DNA from: Acidobacteriota bacterium | GTDB taxonomy: Bacteria > Acidobacteriota > Terriglobia > Acidiferrales > UBA7541 | NCBI GenBank assembly: GCA_003224055.1 | Contig: QHYE01000060.1 | Location: 739 to 64,738 of the forward strand | Length of the DNA stretch: 64,000 nucleotides | Direction: 5' to 3' | The notes under the pieces: model-generated | The model's input: only the letters and a program-made list of their open reading frames with translations | What the model was told of the DNA's origin: nothing | Databases searched by the model: none | Made by a program: the position numbers and the translations under genes | Shown here: in pieces, positions 38,576 to 46,433 of the stretch | Layout: every line of letters starts with the position of its first letter | How positions within the stretch are numbered: the first letter of the stretch is position 1

Positions 38576-39727
38576 CTATGGGAATTGCCGGAGGAAGCGC
38601 ACGTCGTTCTGGAAAAAGATTTGAATATCGTCGATGCCGTACTTCAGCATCGCGAGGCGATCGATGCCTATGCCGAAGGCAAAGCCGCTGACTTTTTTCG
38701 CGTCGTAATTCACGAAGCCGTAGACGGCGGGATCGACCATGCCCGCGCCGAAGAGTTCAATCCACGCGGCGCCCTTGCATTTCGAGCACGTTCCGCCGCC
38801 GGCGGCCGTACCTGTTCCGCCGCAAAATGGGCAGGAGACGTCGAACTCGACGGAAGGCTCGGTGAACGGGAAATAGCTGGGCCGGAAACGTGTTTTCACA
38901 CCGGGGCCGAAAAACTGCTGCACGAAATACTCGATGGTGCCGGTGAAATCACAAAACGTGATGTCCGTGTCCACGGCGAGGCCTTCGATTTGGTGAAAGG
39001 CGAAGGAATGCGTGGCGTCCGGATTATCGCGGCGATAGACCTTTCCGGGAACGATGACGCGCACCGGCGGTTTCTGCTTCTCCATGGTGCGAATCTGCAT
39101 GGGCGAAGTGTGCGTGCGGAGAAGGAGCGGCGTCGGAGCACCTTTCGGCAATTCCAGATAAAACGTGTCCATGTCGTCACGCACGGGATGGAATTCGGGG
39201 ATGTTCAGCGCTTCGAAATTGTAATAGGGCGTTTCGATTTCGGGGCCTTCAACGACGGAGAAACCGATGGAAAAGAAAATGTCTTCGATTTCCTGAAAGA
39301 CCTGGCGGATCAGGTGATGCGAACCGACGGGGCGGAGGACGCCGGGGAGAGAGAGGTCGACGCGGTCGCGGTTCGACGCAACCTCTTCAGAACCCTTTTC
39401 AGCAGCGACCCGAAATGTTTCGAGGGATTCTTCGATGTGGCGCTTGAGCTGGTTCAGAGACTGACCGACAATGGGTTTCAAAGCAGGCGGAGCGGACTTA
39501 AGCCAATTTTCCGTGATGAGGGTGAGCACACCAGCCTTTCTTCCTAGCCATGCGTTTTTCATCAAGGTGTAATTAACTTCGTCAGGATGCTTTGCCGCGA
39601 GCTGTTTGTCGAAGCGTACCTTTTCGCTCGTGAACAACTCTTCGATCGCCATCGGATCGTTGATTGCCAGCCCGGCGAGTGTTCTCTCAGTTGGATTTTC
39701 TACATTAGGCATGATCGCCCGATACAT
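38576..39727 (-). CDS. pheS: phenylalanine--tRNA ligase alpha subunit
   Basis: ...HHLIRQVFQEIEDIFFSIGFSVVEGPEIETPYYNFEALNIPEFHPVRDDMDTFYL...FPFTEPSVEFDVSCPFCGG...AWIELFGAGMVDP...GFAFGIGIDRLAML. An alternative ATG is at 39712. Confidence 0.95.
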   Translation of the reverse strand: MYRAIMPNVENPTERTLAGLAINDPMAIEELFTSEKVRFDKQLAAKHPDEVNYTLMKNAWLGRKAGVLTLITENWLKSAPPALKPIVGQSLNQLKRHIEESLETFRVAAEKGSEEVASNRDRVDLSLPGVLRPVGSHHLIRQVFQEIEDIFFSIGFSVVEGPEIETPYYNFEALNIPEFHPVRDDMDTFYLELPKGAPTPLLLRTHTSPMQIRTMEKQKPPVRVIVPGKVYRRDNPDATHSFAFHQIEGLAVDTDITFCDFTGTIEYFVQQFFGPGVKTRFRPSYFPFTEPSVEFDVSCPFCGGTGTAAGGGTCSKCKGAAWIELFGAGMVDPAVYGFVNYDAKKVSGFAFGIGIDRLAMLKYGIDDIQIFFQNDVRFLRQFP

Positions 39728-39737
39728 TACACCGTTA

Positions 39738-39762
39738 GGGGCACGATATATCGTGCCCCTAC
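39738..39762 (-). repeat. REP-like element (GTAG + perfect 22-nt palindrome)
   Basis: Minus strand reads GTAG overlapping GGGGCACGATATATCGTGCCCC. Confidence 0.7.
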
Positions 39763-39772
39763 GAAAGAAACT

Positions 39773-39799
39773 GCGCCCGCTTCGGAAAGCGGCCGCTAC
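39773..39799 (-). repeat. REP-like element, GCGGCCGC-TTTC type
   Basis: Minus strand reads GTAGCGGCCGCTTTCCGAAGCGGGCGC. Confidence 0.7.
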
Positions 39800-39810
39800 A
39801 GTTACGCAAG

Positions 39811-39833
39811 GCCGGCAAGGATGCCAACGCTAC
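39811..39833 (-). repeat. REP-like element, GGCATCCTTGCC type, overlapping the rplT stop codon
   Basis: Minus strand reads GTAGCGTTGGCATCCTTGCCGGC. The TAG within GTAG (39832-39830) is the rplT stop. Confidence 0.75.
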
Positions 39834-40210
39834 GCCCTTTTCGCTTTGGCTGGAGGCGGGGCGGCGGCTTTGGCGGTGGCCACGAGCGAAGTGAATGCGG
39901 CGGCGTCTTTGACCGCGATGTCCGCGAGGACTTTGCGGTCGAGCGTGACGCCGGCGACTTTCAATCCGTGGATCAACTGGCCGTAGGTCAGGCCGTTATT
40001 CCGAGCAGCCGCTCCGAGGCGCTGAATCCAGAGCTTGCGATACTCGCGCTTTTTGACGCGGCGGTCGCGCTTGGCGTAGCGATCGGCGCGATTGGCCGCT
40101 TCCTGCGCGGACTGGTAGAGCTTGCTCTTGGTGAGAAAAAAGCCTTTCGTCCGCTTGAGGTACTTCTTGCGCCGTGCGCGGCGCTTGGTGCCGCGTTTTA
40201 CGCGAGCCAT
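39830..40210 (-). CDS. rplT: 50S ribosomal protein L20
   Basis: [83 protein letters not shown]. An AAGGAG SD is present. Confidence 0.97.
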   Translation of the reverse strand: MARVKRGTKRRARRKKYLKRTKGFFLTKSKLYQSAQEAANRADRYAKRDRRVKKREYRKLWIQRLGAAARNNGLTYGQLIHGLKVAGVTLDRKVLADIAVKDAAAFTSLVATAKAAAPPPAKAKRA

Positions 40211-40230
40211 GGGGTTTCTCCTTTTTTGTG

Positions 40231-40290
40231 GGAAACAAAACAGGTTGCGCGGACGCGAAAGTACACGCGTTGCGCAACGGGTTTGTTTCC
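40231..40290 (-). promoter_or_regulatory. 60-nt three-tier stem-loop immediately upstream of the rplT SD
   Basis: GGAAACAAA (40231-40239) pairs with TTTGTTTCC (40282-40290), GTTGCGC (40244-40250) with GCGCAAC (40272-40278), and ACGCG (40253-40257) with CGCGT (40266-40270). Confidence 0.5.
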
Positions 40291-40553
40291 GGGGTAGTGC
40301 AATGTAGTCCGCCTCCGGCGAGAACCATAACCGGTTCCGCGAAGGCGCCCGCCTCAGAAGGCGGCCGCTACAAGTGCCCCGACAATATCGGGGCGGATCG
40401 GCCGGCAGGCACCCGTGAAGCGCTGCCTGGCACGATGCGCAGGGATTGCGCCCTGCGACTCAAACGGAAGGGCACCCACCGCGTCGGGTACCCCTACGAA
40501 GAAAGTCGGATGGCGTGCAATTTCAGGGCACGCACAGAAAAATCCTTACGGCC
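40291..40553 (-). repeat. hairpin-packed rpmI-rplT spacer (cluster of REP-like elements)
   Basis: Minus-strand GTAG elements lie at 40345-40371 (GTAGCGGCCGCCTTCTGAGGCGGGCGC) and 40470-40497 (GTAGGGGTACCCGACGCGGTGGGTGCCC). Further hairpins are at 40376-40394 (GCCCCGA/TCGGGGC), 40438-40457 (CGCAGGG/CCCTGCG) and 40513-40533 (GCGTGC/GCACGC). Confidence 0.7.
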
Positions 40554-40775
40554 TTAGCCGTAGGGAAGCATCTGCCGGACGCTGGCCACATCGGCCTTGT
40601 TTACGAGCGTCAACTTCTTGAGCTTGCGCATGCGGCCCGGGGCCTTGGTGCCCATCAAGTGGCGCTTGCCGGAATGCCCGCGCTTGATTTTGCCGTTGGC
40701 GGTGATCTTGAAGCGCTTCCTGGCTCCGCGATGCGTCTTCAGTTTCAATTTTGGTTTCGATCGGTTTCTTGGCAT
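40554..40775 (-). CDS. rpmI: 50S ribosomal protein L35
   Basis: MPRNRSKPKLKLKTHRGARKRFKITANGKIKRGHSGKRHLMGTKAPGRMRKLKKLTLVNKADVASVRQMLPYG. Confidence 0.95.
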   Translation of the reverse strand: MPRNRSKPKLKLKTHRGARKRFKITANGKIKRGHSGKRHLMGTKAPGRMRKLKKLTLVNKADVASVRQMLPYG

Positions 40776-40817
40776 TGCCTAATTCCTTTTTCTGAGATTC
40801 GGCCGTGACACCGAAGA

Positions 40818-40841
40818 GGACGCCCGCCGCGGCGGGCGTCC
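40818..40841. repeat. perfect 24-nt GC-rich palindrome between infC and rpmI
   Basis: GGACGCCCGCCGCGGCGGGCGTCC equals its own reverse complement. Confidence 0.85.
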
Positions 40842-40863
40842 CTATAAAACCCTCTCGCGCTGA

Positions 40864-41454
40864 TTACTGCTGCTGCTGGGCGCTGGATGCCGACTGACCT
40901 GCCGGCTTGGCGACGCTGACGCCTTTTTTCGGAGCGAGCAAAGCCACGAGGACGTTGCCTTCCATGCGCGGCATCGTCTCAATCTGCCCCTGGTCGCCAA
41001 TCTCCATGAGCAAGCGGTTCATCTTGGCGCGGCCGACTTCCTGGTGCGCCATTTCGCGCCCGCGATGGAAAATCATCGCGCGCACCTTGTGGCCTTCGCC
41101 GAGAAACCGGATGATCTGGTTCTTGCGAACCTGATAGTCGTGTTCCGCGGTAGCGGGCCGAAACTTGACCTCCTTCAACTGCGAGCCGCGGCTGCTCTTG
41201 CGCTGCTCGTGGGCCTTCTTATTGGCTTGATAGAGATACTTGCCGTAGTCGGTGATCTTGCAGACCGGCGGATCGGCCGTCGGCGAAATTTCCACCAAGT
41301 CGAGCCCCTTTTCCTTCGCCAGCTTGATGGCCTCAAACGGCTGCATGACGCCGAGCTGGCCGCCCTCTTCATCAATCACCCGGATCTCGCGAGCCCGAAT
41401 CCGCTCGTTGACGCGGACACGATCAGCCTGCTGCCGGAAATTCCGTTCTGCGAT
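40864..41454 (-). CDS. infC: translation initiation factor IF-3, probable non-canonical ATC start
   Basis: The track ORF starts at GTG 41379 (VIDEEGGQLG...). The frame stays open upstream and encodes I-AERNFRQQADRVRVNERIRAREIR, the conserved IF-3 N-terminal segment, with no ATG/GTG/TTG. An in-frame ATC at 41454-41452 is preceded by GGGGGA. Confidence 0.85.
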   Translation of the reverse strand: MAERNFRQQADRVRVNERIRAREIRVIDEEGGQLGVMQPFEAIKLAKEKGLDLVEISPTADPPVCKITDYGKYLYQANKKAHEQRKSSRGSQLKEVKFRPATAEHDYQVRKNQIIRFLGEGHKVRAMIFHRGREMAHQEVGRAKMNRLLMEIGDQGQIETMPRMEGNVLVALLAPKKGVSVAKPAGQSASSAQQQQ

Positions 41455-41719
41455 ATATCCCCCTAGTTCAAGAAAGGCGCCTGCAAGCTCCGGTTCGCCG
41501 GAGACGGGCCCTCGAGTTCACCCACCCAAGCCCACACAGCGCAAAAGCGCCAGGGGACGGGCTTCAGAGTATAGCACGCGTCGGTGGGAAGCCAGCAAGC
41601 GGCAAAAGAGTGCGAAGCAGGGCAGTTTCAGATTGTCCGACTAACTTAGCCTGTGAAAGGCACGCCGCATGGTTGATTTTGAGCGGGGTTGCCGAAAGAG
41701 TTCCAAAACTGCCAGGCGC

Positions 41720-42112
41720 CTAATCCGCAATGCTGAATTGTAAGTACGGCCTTGAGATCTTGACGATGATGTCCCGGCTGTCTTCGTCTAGTGTCGTCCG
41801 CCCTTCCTCGTCGCGGTTTGGTCGACCGACCGCCTCGAACTCGACGTCCACTTTAAAATAATGACAGTCCCGACTAACGAATGTGCGATGTAGTCCCGTA
41901 GACAGACCACCTTCCGTCGTGAAAACGCTAAGGAGGTCCTCCCGCGTCATGCCCGGTTTAATGGTCTCGATTTTTTCCAAAGCATAGGTCACCCAAGCTT
42001 CGTGGGCTTGCGAGCACGACTCCTGGCTCATGGACTTCGTAGGTCGAACAGATGTCGAACCGCTGATAGCGATGATTGAAAGCAATGTGAGCAAGAGAAG
42101 TGGTCGAATCAT
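41720..42112 (-). CDS. small secreted hypothetical protein
   Basis: Signal peptide MIRPLLLLTLLSIIAISGS and a GGAGA SD. The segment is visibly more A/T-rich than its neighbours. Confidence 0.6.
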   Translation of the reverse strand: MIRPLLLLTLLSIIAISGSTSVRPTKSMSQESCSQAHEAWVTYALEKIETIKPGMTREDLLSVFTTEGGLSTGLHRTFVSRDCHYFKVDVEFEAVGRPNRDEEGRTTLDEDSRDIIVKISRPYLQFSIAD

Positions 42113-42181
42113 GGATTGCTCTCCTTTTGCAAATAACGCAAAGACTCCGGATTGGTGGCCCCTCTGAATTGAGTCAAGGGC

Positions 42182-42907
42182 TCAGGAGCTCAAACCAAGT
42201 TCGCCTTTCGGACCGGTGATGTGGGCGCGAAGGCGGTCTCTGTCGCTGCGTTCGACGGCGGCATCGACTCCGATGCGCTGGAAGACCCGGGACAATTCGG
42301 CGGGGTCCAGGCCCATCACCGTGAAATAGTCAAGGTCGCACTTTTTGGGAGCATCCTTCGAGGGATGGACGGAGTCCGCGCTCCATTCGATGAAGAAGGG
42401 GAGGATGCCGTGGCGGTCGTCGGCGAGATTAATGGTTTTCCAATTGAGGACGCGGCCATCGGGACGTTTTCTTGAGCCGCCATCCGGGCCCTGAAAGGCG
42501 ATTTGATTGTCCCGCAGGAGTTTCGCGGTGGCGGCGATATCGGGTGGATGAACGGCCCAACCGATGAGGCGCGGTTCTTTCATTTGGCGGATTTGCGGGA
42601 AGTGGACGATTTTCTGCTGCGCGGGATCCGGGGCGATGACTTCCAGGTAACGGCGCTCGCCGAGAGAAAGCAGGGCGTTGCGCGTGCCGCGGCCGGGATG
42701 GACTCCGCCGATCGCGGGGCGCACGCCAGTGTTTTGCTCGACGAGATCCATGCCGAGATCGAGGTCGTTGCAGCCGAGAATGATGTGATCGAGCAAAGCG
42801 GGCACATCGTCTTCTTCCGCGTCGTCCGCGGCCCAGGATAGGGACGGGGCTGCGAGCGCGGCACCGGTGAGCGCGAGAAAAATACGGCGTGAGTGCGGCT
42901 GCGACAT
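42182..42907 (-). CDS. VOC (glyoxalase-like) family protein with Tat-type signal
   Basis: MSQPHSRRIFLALTGAALAAPSLSWA...LDHIILGCNDLDLGMD...GTRNALLSLGERRYLEVIAPDP...GILPFFIEW. ATG at 42907; the track ORF extension overlaps the upstream gene. Confidence 0.8.
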   Translation of the reverse strand: MSQPHSRRIFLALTGAALAAPSLSWAADDAEEDDVPALLDHIILGCNDLDLGMDLVEQNTGVRPAIGGVHPGRGTRNALLSLGERRYLEVIAPDPAQQKIVHFPQIRQMKEPRLIGWAVHPPDIAATAKLLRDNQIAFQGPDGGSRKRPDGRVLNWKTINLADDRHGILPFFIEWSADSVHPSKDAPKKCDLDYFTVMGLDPAELSRVFQRIGVDAAVERSDRDRLRAHITGPKGELGLSS

Positions 42908-42942
42908 TCGTGACCTCCCGGGAGTGGTGCGCGCTCGTCTGG

Positions 42943-43599
42943 CTAGAGCGAAATTTCCGAAGTGCGCTGGCCGCGCTTGCTTAAATAATGATGCCAGAAA
43001 AGCCGAGCGGCGACGGCGCGGTACGGACGCCAGGGCTCGCTGAGTTTTTCCAGACGGTCCGGCGAAGGGCGCTTGCGGAGTTGCTTCACTTCTTGCACCG
43101 CCGTGGCCAGAGCCAAATCGCCGACCGGCCAGATATCGGGCCGCCGAAGCGCGCTCAGTAGATAGATGTCCGCGGTCCAATTTCCGATGCCTTTGAAGGC
43201 GATGAGCATTTTGCGGGCGGCATCGTCGTGCAGTTCGTGGAGGTAACGGAGATCGAAGTGGCGGCGGGAGAGCGATTCGGCGAGGAGGCGGGTGTAAAGA
43301 GTTTCTTGGCGGCTGAAGCCGATGCGTAGCAACTCCGCGTCGGTAAGTTTCAAAAAGCCACGCGGAGTGAGTGGACGAACGGCGGAGTTGAGCCGATCGA
43401 ATGCAGCTTTTGCGGAAGCGAGAGAAACCTGCTGCTCGAGAATGATGTAGACGAGGGTGAGGAAGCCGGGCTCGCGGACCCAGAGAGGAGGCTGGCCGTA
43501 TTTTCTCACGACCGCAGCGAGATGGGAATCGCGATCCGTAAGAAAACGCACACTTTGCGCGAAGAAATCTTCGCTCGTGATGGTTTGCGGGAGTTGCAA
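42943..43599 (-). CDS. HhH-GPD DNA glycosylase (3-methyladenine DNA glycosylase II-like)
   Basis: ...ILEQQVSLASAKAAF...LRIGFSRQ...LIAFKGIGNWTADIYLLSALRRPDIWPVGDLAL. TTG start in the track. Confidence 0.8.
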   Translation of the reverse strand: MQLPQTITSEDFFAQSVRFLTDRDSHLAAVVRKYGQPPLWVREPGFLTLVYIILEQQVSLASAKAAFDRLNSAVRPLTPRGFLKLTDAELLRIGFSRQETLYTRLLAESLSRRHFDLRYLHELHDDAARKMLIAFKGIGNWTADIYLLSALRRPDIWPVGDLALATAVQEVKQLRKRPSPDRLEKLSEPWRPYRAVAARLFWHHYLSKRGQRTSEISL

Positions 43600-43629
43600 G
43601 GCGAGATTCCGTGTGGCCCTTGAAAGCGC

Positions 43630-45585
43630 TTAGCTCGTCGCGCGGGATTCGACTTCGCGCTGGAGCGATTCGATGACTTCGGTGAGAGGCTTGGGGCCGA
43701 GGTCGCCTTTGGTGCGATGGCGGACGGAGACGGTGCCGGCTTCAGCCTCCTTGGCGCCAACCACGAGCATGTAGGGAATTTTTTGCATCTGCGCGTCGCG
43801 GATTTTTGCGGGCAATTTTTCGTTGCGGTCGTCGAGATGAACGCGCAGGTTGTGGCGCTTCAATGTTTCGGTGACGTGCTTGGCGTAATCGGCGACTTTT
43901 TCGCTGACGGGGCAAACTTCGACCTGCACGGGCGCGAGCCACAGCGGGAACGCGCCGGCATAGTGCTCGATCAAAATGCCGAAGAAGCGCTCGACGGAGC
44001 CGAGCAGCGCGCGGTGGACCATGAGCGGCTGATGCTTCGCGCCGTCTTCGGCGACATACTGCAGGCCGAAGCGGGCGGGCAAATTAAAATCAAACTGCAC
44101 GGTGGTGAGCTGCCAGGGGCGGCCGATGGCGTCAATTAATTTGATGTCGATCTTGGGGCCGTAGAACGCGGCTTCGCCGGTGATGGTCTTGTAGGGAATG
44201 TTCATGCGCTTCATGGTTTCCGCGAGAGCGGCAGTGGCGCGGCGCCAATCCTCAGGCTTACCGGCGTAGTTTTCCAGATGAGAAGAATCCCAATCGGAGA
44301 GCTCGACTTCGAACTTGTCGAAGCCGAAGTTTTTCATGACGGCGAAGGCGAAATCCACGCAGGCTTCTACTTCGGATTCGATTTGATCGGGCGTGCAGAA
44401 GATATGCGCGTCATCCTGCGTGAAGCCGCGGACTCGGAGCAAGCCGTGGAGGACGCCGCTGCGTTCGTAGCGATAGACGGTACCGAGCTCGGCGAGCCGC
44501 ACGGGAAGGTCGCGGTAGCTGTGGAGCTTTGCTTTGTATATCAAAATGTGGCCGGGGCAATTCATGGGCTTGAGCTGATAGTCGGCCTTTTCGACCTCAA
44601 CGGGACCGAACATGCTGTCCTTGTAAAAGCCGGTGTGGCCGCTGGTCTTCCAAAGATCGAGGCGCATGATATGCGGTGTGTAGACGAGGTCGTAGCCGCG
44701 CTTCAGCAATTCGTCGCGCAGCCAGTCTTCGACAATCTTTCGAATGAGGCCGCCTTTGGGGTGCCAGAAGATGAGGCCGGGGCCGGCTTCTTCCTGGATG
44801 CTGAAGAGGTCGAGTTCTGTGCCAAGCTTGCGGTGATCGCGGCGCTTGGCCTCTTCCAGGCGGTGGAGGTGTTCGTCGAGTTCTTTCTGCGTGAAGAACG
44901 CGATGGCGTAAATGCGCTGAAGCTGCGGATTGCCTTCCTGACCTTTCCAGTACGCGCCGGCCACGCTCATCAATTTGAACGCTTGAATACGTTTCGTGGA
45001 AGGAATGTGCGGACCGCGGCAGAAATCGATGAATTTTCCGGTGGTGTAAAAAGAAACCATCGGCTCGCTGACTTTCTCTTCGACGAGCTCGCACTTAAAA
45101 ATTTGATTTGTTTTTTTGTAAAGAGCGAGCGCTTCCGGCTTGGGCATGAGTTTGCGCTCGTTCGGCAGATCCTGGGCGGCAAGCTCGTGCATTTTCTTTT
45201 CGATTTTCGCGAGGTCCTCCGGCGTGAATGGTTCGTCGTGCAAGAATTCGTAGAAAAAACCGGTGTCGATGGGCGGACCGATGCCGAGTTTCACGTTGGG
45301 ATAAAGCTCCATCACCGCGGCGGCGAGGAGATGCGCTGCGGAATGCCGGAAAACAAAAAGCGAGTCGGGGTCTTTTTCGGTGAGGATGCGCAGCTTGACG
45401 TCTTGCTCGAGGGGACGGCGCAGATCGATCAGCTCGCCTTCACCGTCGTTGGGAGCGGCCACGCGCGCGACCAGAGCGGCGTCGGCGAGGCGCGGCGAAA
45501 TGCTCCGCGCAATCTCGGCGGGCGTGGTGCCCTTGGGGACATCCTTAACACTGCCATCCGGCAGTGTGACGTGAATCTGCTCCAT
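43630..45585 (-). CDS. thrS: threonine--tRNA ligase
   Basis: MEQIHVTLPDGSVKDVPKGTTPAEIARSISPRLA (TGS domain)...HSAAHLLA...GPHIPST...RGFTQDDAHIF...FYGPKID...HRALLGSVERFFGILIEH. An alternative GTG is at 45597. Confidence 0.96.
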   Translation of the reverse strand: MEQIHVTLPDGSVKDVPKGTTPAEIARSISPRLADAALVARVAAPNDGEGELIDLRRPLEQDVKLRILTEKDPDSLFVFRHSAAHLLAAAVMELYPNVKLGIGPPIDTGFFYEFLHDEPFTPEDLAKIEKKMHELAAQDLPNERKLMPKPEALALYKKTNQIFKCELVEEKVSEPMVSFYTTGKFIDFCRGPHIPSTKRIQAFKLMSVAGAYWKGQEGNPQLQRIYAIAFFTQKELDEHLHRLEEAKRRDHRKLGTELDLFSIQEEAGPGLIFWHPKGGLIRKIVEDWLRDELLKRGYDLVYTPHIMRLDLWKTSGHTGFYKDSMFGPVEVEKADYQLKPMNCPGHILIYKAKLHSYRDLPVRLAELGTVYRYERSGVLHGLLRVRGFTQDDAHIFCTPDQIESEVEACVDFAFAVMKNFGFDKFEVELSDWDSSHLENYAGKPEDWRRATAALAETMKRMNIPYKTITGEAAFYGPKIDIKLIDAIGRPWQLTTVQFDFNLPARFGLQYVAEDGAKHQPLMVHRALLGSVERFFGILIEHYAGAFPLWLAPVQVEVCPVSEKVADYAKHVTETLKRHNLRVHLDDRNEKLPAKIRDAQMQKIPYMLVVGAKEAEAGTVSVRHRTKGDLGPKPLTEVIESLQREVESRATS

Positions 45586-45695
45586 GGACGCGGCCACCTG
45601 AAAAGAGAAACATCAAGCTTATCGGCGGCTCACAGTCCGGTCAAGGCGGAGCCCATGGCAGAGAGATGCTAAGTAGGAGCGAGAACTTTGCAGAA

Positions 45696-46100
45696 CTAGA
45701 GAACGATTACGCCAGGCAAATCCGTGAAGTGCGCGTCCGACGTGATCAGCACCGCTTGATGGGCTTGCGCGGTGGCGTAGATGATCGCGTCCGCCATCGG
45801 CAAGCTCGAAGCCAAGCTCTTCCTCGTTGCCAATGCGGCCAGGGAGACGTCCAGAGCGATCTCACGTTCCTGAAAGCCGAAGGCGGTCGACAGAAACCAT
45901 TCCGCCAGCACCAGCCTTTGCTCGCGCAGCATCTTCTTGTAGACCTCATAAACGATGATTGTGGGAAGCAGGAGGGTTTCCGGGACTTCTAGATACTTTG
46001 CGAAAGCGTCGGCTTTGGAACCGTTGCCCAGGTACTCGACCCAACCGGAGGAGTCCACCACATACTTCTCAGAATCGCTCAGTGTGGTCACGGTCCTCAT
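45696..46100 (-). CDS. vapC: PIN-domain toxin (VapC-like)
   Basis: ...KYVVDSSGWVEYL...TIIVYEVYKK...MADAIIYATAQAHQAVLITSDAHF. The start is uncertain: the track start overlaps the antitoxin by 32 nt, and internal starts are possible. Confidence 0.8.
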   Translation of the reverse strand: MRTVTTLSDSEKYVVDSSGWVEYLGNGSKADAFAKYLEVPETLLLPTIIVYEVYKKMLREQRLVLAEWFLSTAFGFQEREIALDVSLAALATRKSLASSLPMADAIIYATAQAHQAVLITSDAHFTDLPGVIVL

Positions 46101-46281
46101 CCTTCCACTGCATGCCCTTGGCGATGCCGCGGAGGTCTTTGATGGATCGGGGCTTACTGAAGCGAATACTGCCGTCGAATACGTAAACGATAAGCTCTTG
46201 GCCAGGCTTTAGCTGAAGCTGCTCGCGGACGCGCTTGGGGATGACGACCTGGAACTTGGGAGATACTTTTACGGTTTCCAT
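46069..46281 (-). CDS. AbrB/MazE/SpoVT-family antitoxin
   Basis: METVKVSPKFQVVIPKRVREQLQLKPGQELIVYVFDGSIRF. Confidence 0.85.
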   Translation of the reverse strand: METVKVSPKFQVVIPKRVREQLQLKPGQELIVYVFDGSIRFSKPRSIKDLRGIAKGMQWKDEDRDHTERF

Positions 46282-46303
46282 AGAGTTGCTCTACGCCTAT
46301 TCT

Positions 46304-46340
46304 ATCGATCTAAGATGTGTATGTCAAATACAGTATCGAT
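46304..46340. promoter_or_regulatory. two ATCGAT palindromes upstream of the antitoxin, candidate operator
   Basis: ATCGAT at 46304-46309 and 46335-46340, 31 bp apart, in an A/T-rich promoter region. TGTAT...ATACA lies between them. Confidence 0.3.
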
Positions 46341-46433
46341 TGGCTAGCAAGTCATACCAAATTTGGGTCGATGATCAATCGTATGACGTCATTCCTGCCC
46401 CTTTGTACCCAGTGCTGGGAGCCAAGGCGAGGA

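Noticed and set aside
36844-38691. Very long antisense ORFs mirroring real genes. Examples: 36844..38691 opposite pheT, 4701..6011 opposite gyrB, 8704..9753 opposite dnaA, 23168..24229 opposite the ZnuA-like gene, 27738..29051 and 29090..30370, 44278..45672 opposite thrS, 53419..54624, 54659..55816, 59556..60569 and 61138..62097.
   Set aside because: Each lies opposite a gene with unmistakable family motifs. Their translations are Arg/Gly/His/Ala-rich and motif-free. Open antisense frames are expected in GC-rich DNA with GC-rich third codon positions.
41455-41719. T-box, L20-leader or other known riboswitch-like elements upstream of infC, thrS (45586-45695) or pheS.
   Set aside because: I could not recognise any specifier/T-box or other signature motif by eye. 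Only generic hairpins are present. A covariance-model scan (Rfam) would be needed to exclude them.
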